A stretch of DNA of 64,000 nucleotides from an uncultured Chloroflexia bacterium (GTDB lineage Bacteria > Chloroflexota > Dehalococcoidia > UBA2979): the NCBI GenBank assembly GCA_963728205.1, contig CAVSIV010000006.1:928001-992000 (forward strand), in the 5' to 3' direction. The translations under genes were made by a program, and so were the position numbers. Below are positions 63,567 through 64,000 of this stretch, piece after piece. The notes below the pieces were generated by a model. It saw only the letters and a list, made by a program, of their open reading frames with translations. It did no database searches and was not told where the DNA came from. Within the stretch, counting starts at the first letter, position 1. Every line of letters begins with the position of its first letter.

Positions 63567-64000
63567 CAAGGGTTTCCTCGGTATCGGCGCCGAGGAAGCG
63601 ATCGTTCGCGTCACCGCGAAGGACTCGGTGGTCACCACCGCGACGCAGCCTCGCCGGCCGCCGCGTCCGCCGCGCGCCGACGACGGCGGCGAACGTGCGG
63701 CCGAGGCGACCGGCCAGCGCCGCCGCGGTCGGCGTGGCGGACGCGGGCGGCGCCGTGGCGGGGAAGGCGAGGATGGGGGCGGGGCGGCGCCGCCCTCGGG
63801 CGGCGGGCGCGGTGGCCAGGGGCGGCGGGACGACCGGGCGCCGAGCGCGCCGCGGGCCCGCGGCGTCACCGTCGCACCGGGCGACGAGGTCACCATCCCC
63901 GGCGTCCCGGACGAACTGCCGTCCGCGCCAAACCCCGAACCCGCCGACCAGCTCGACCTGGCCGGGAGCACACTGCGCGACATCCTGACGCTGCTCGGCC
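63454..64000 (+). CDS. jag: Jag/EloR RNA-binding protein (partial)
   Basis: Manual translation MRVAETSGKTVDEAV..AL..LG....VDVDVI.EGSKGFLGIG (Jag_N). Overlaps the yidC 3' end and runs off the window. Confidence 0.88.
   Translation, partial: MRVAETSGKTVDEAVTRALGQLGLRRDQVDVDVIREGSKGFLGIGAEEAIVRVTAKDSVVTTATQPRRPPRPPRADDGGERAAEATGQRRRGRRGGRGRRRGGEGEDGGGAAPPSGGGRGGQGRRDDRAPSAPRARGVTVAPGDEVTIPGVPDELPSAPNPEPADQLDLAGSTLRDILTLLG

Overview
High-GC bacterial chromosome segment. Gene content suggests Chloroflexota, probably class Dehalococcoidia (inference): paralogous LLM monooxygenase, acyl-CoA dehydrogenases and MaoC pairs, an 11-subunit complex I without NuoEFG, and an rpmH-rnpA-yidD-PQQ lipoprotein-yidC-jag locus. 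The left ~17 kb is accessory. It holds a flavin-dependent halogenase-like operon, a CocE hydrolase, a matrixin protease, a DUF4231/SLATT gene paired with a TM-TIR/NDT-like gene, and a PPTase plus two-module NRPS (A-T-C-A-T-TE). The NRPS C domain carries the EHHxxHDG ureido-forming signature. The middle holds a nitrogen locus (GlnR-like regulator, orphan wHTH, a catalytically degenerate GlnA, an intact GlnA, 11-bp-periodic GlnR-like boxes), hppA, the nuo operon, and valS preceded by a Val-rich leader peptide and terminator (candidate attenuator). The right part holds prs, secA, tRNA-Thr(CGT), a MerR regulator, a UGA-interrupted peroxiredoxin with a SECIS-like hairpin, Slt/Dac cell-wall genes and a perfect parS site. 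Five genes have small frameshifts that are probably sequencing errors. All family calls come from manual motif recognition; no database searches were run.
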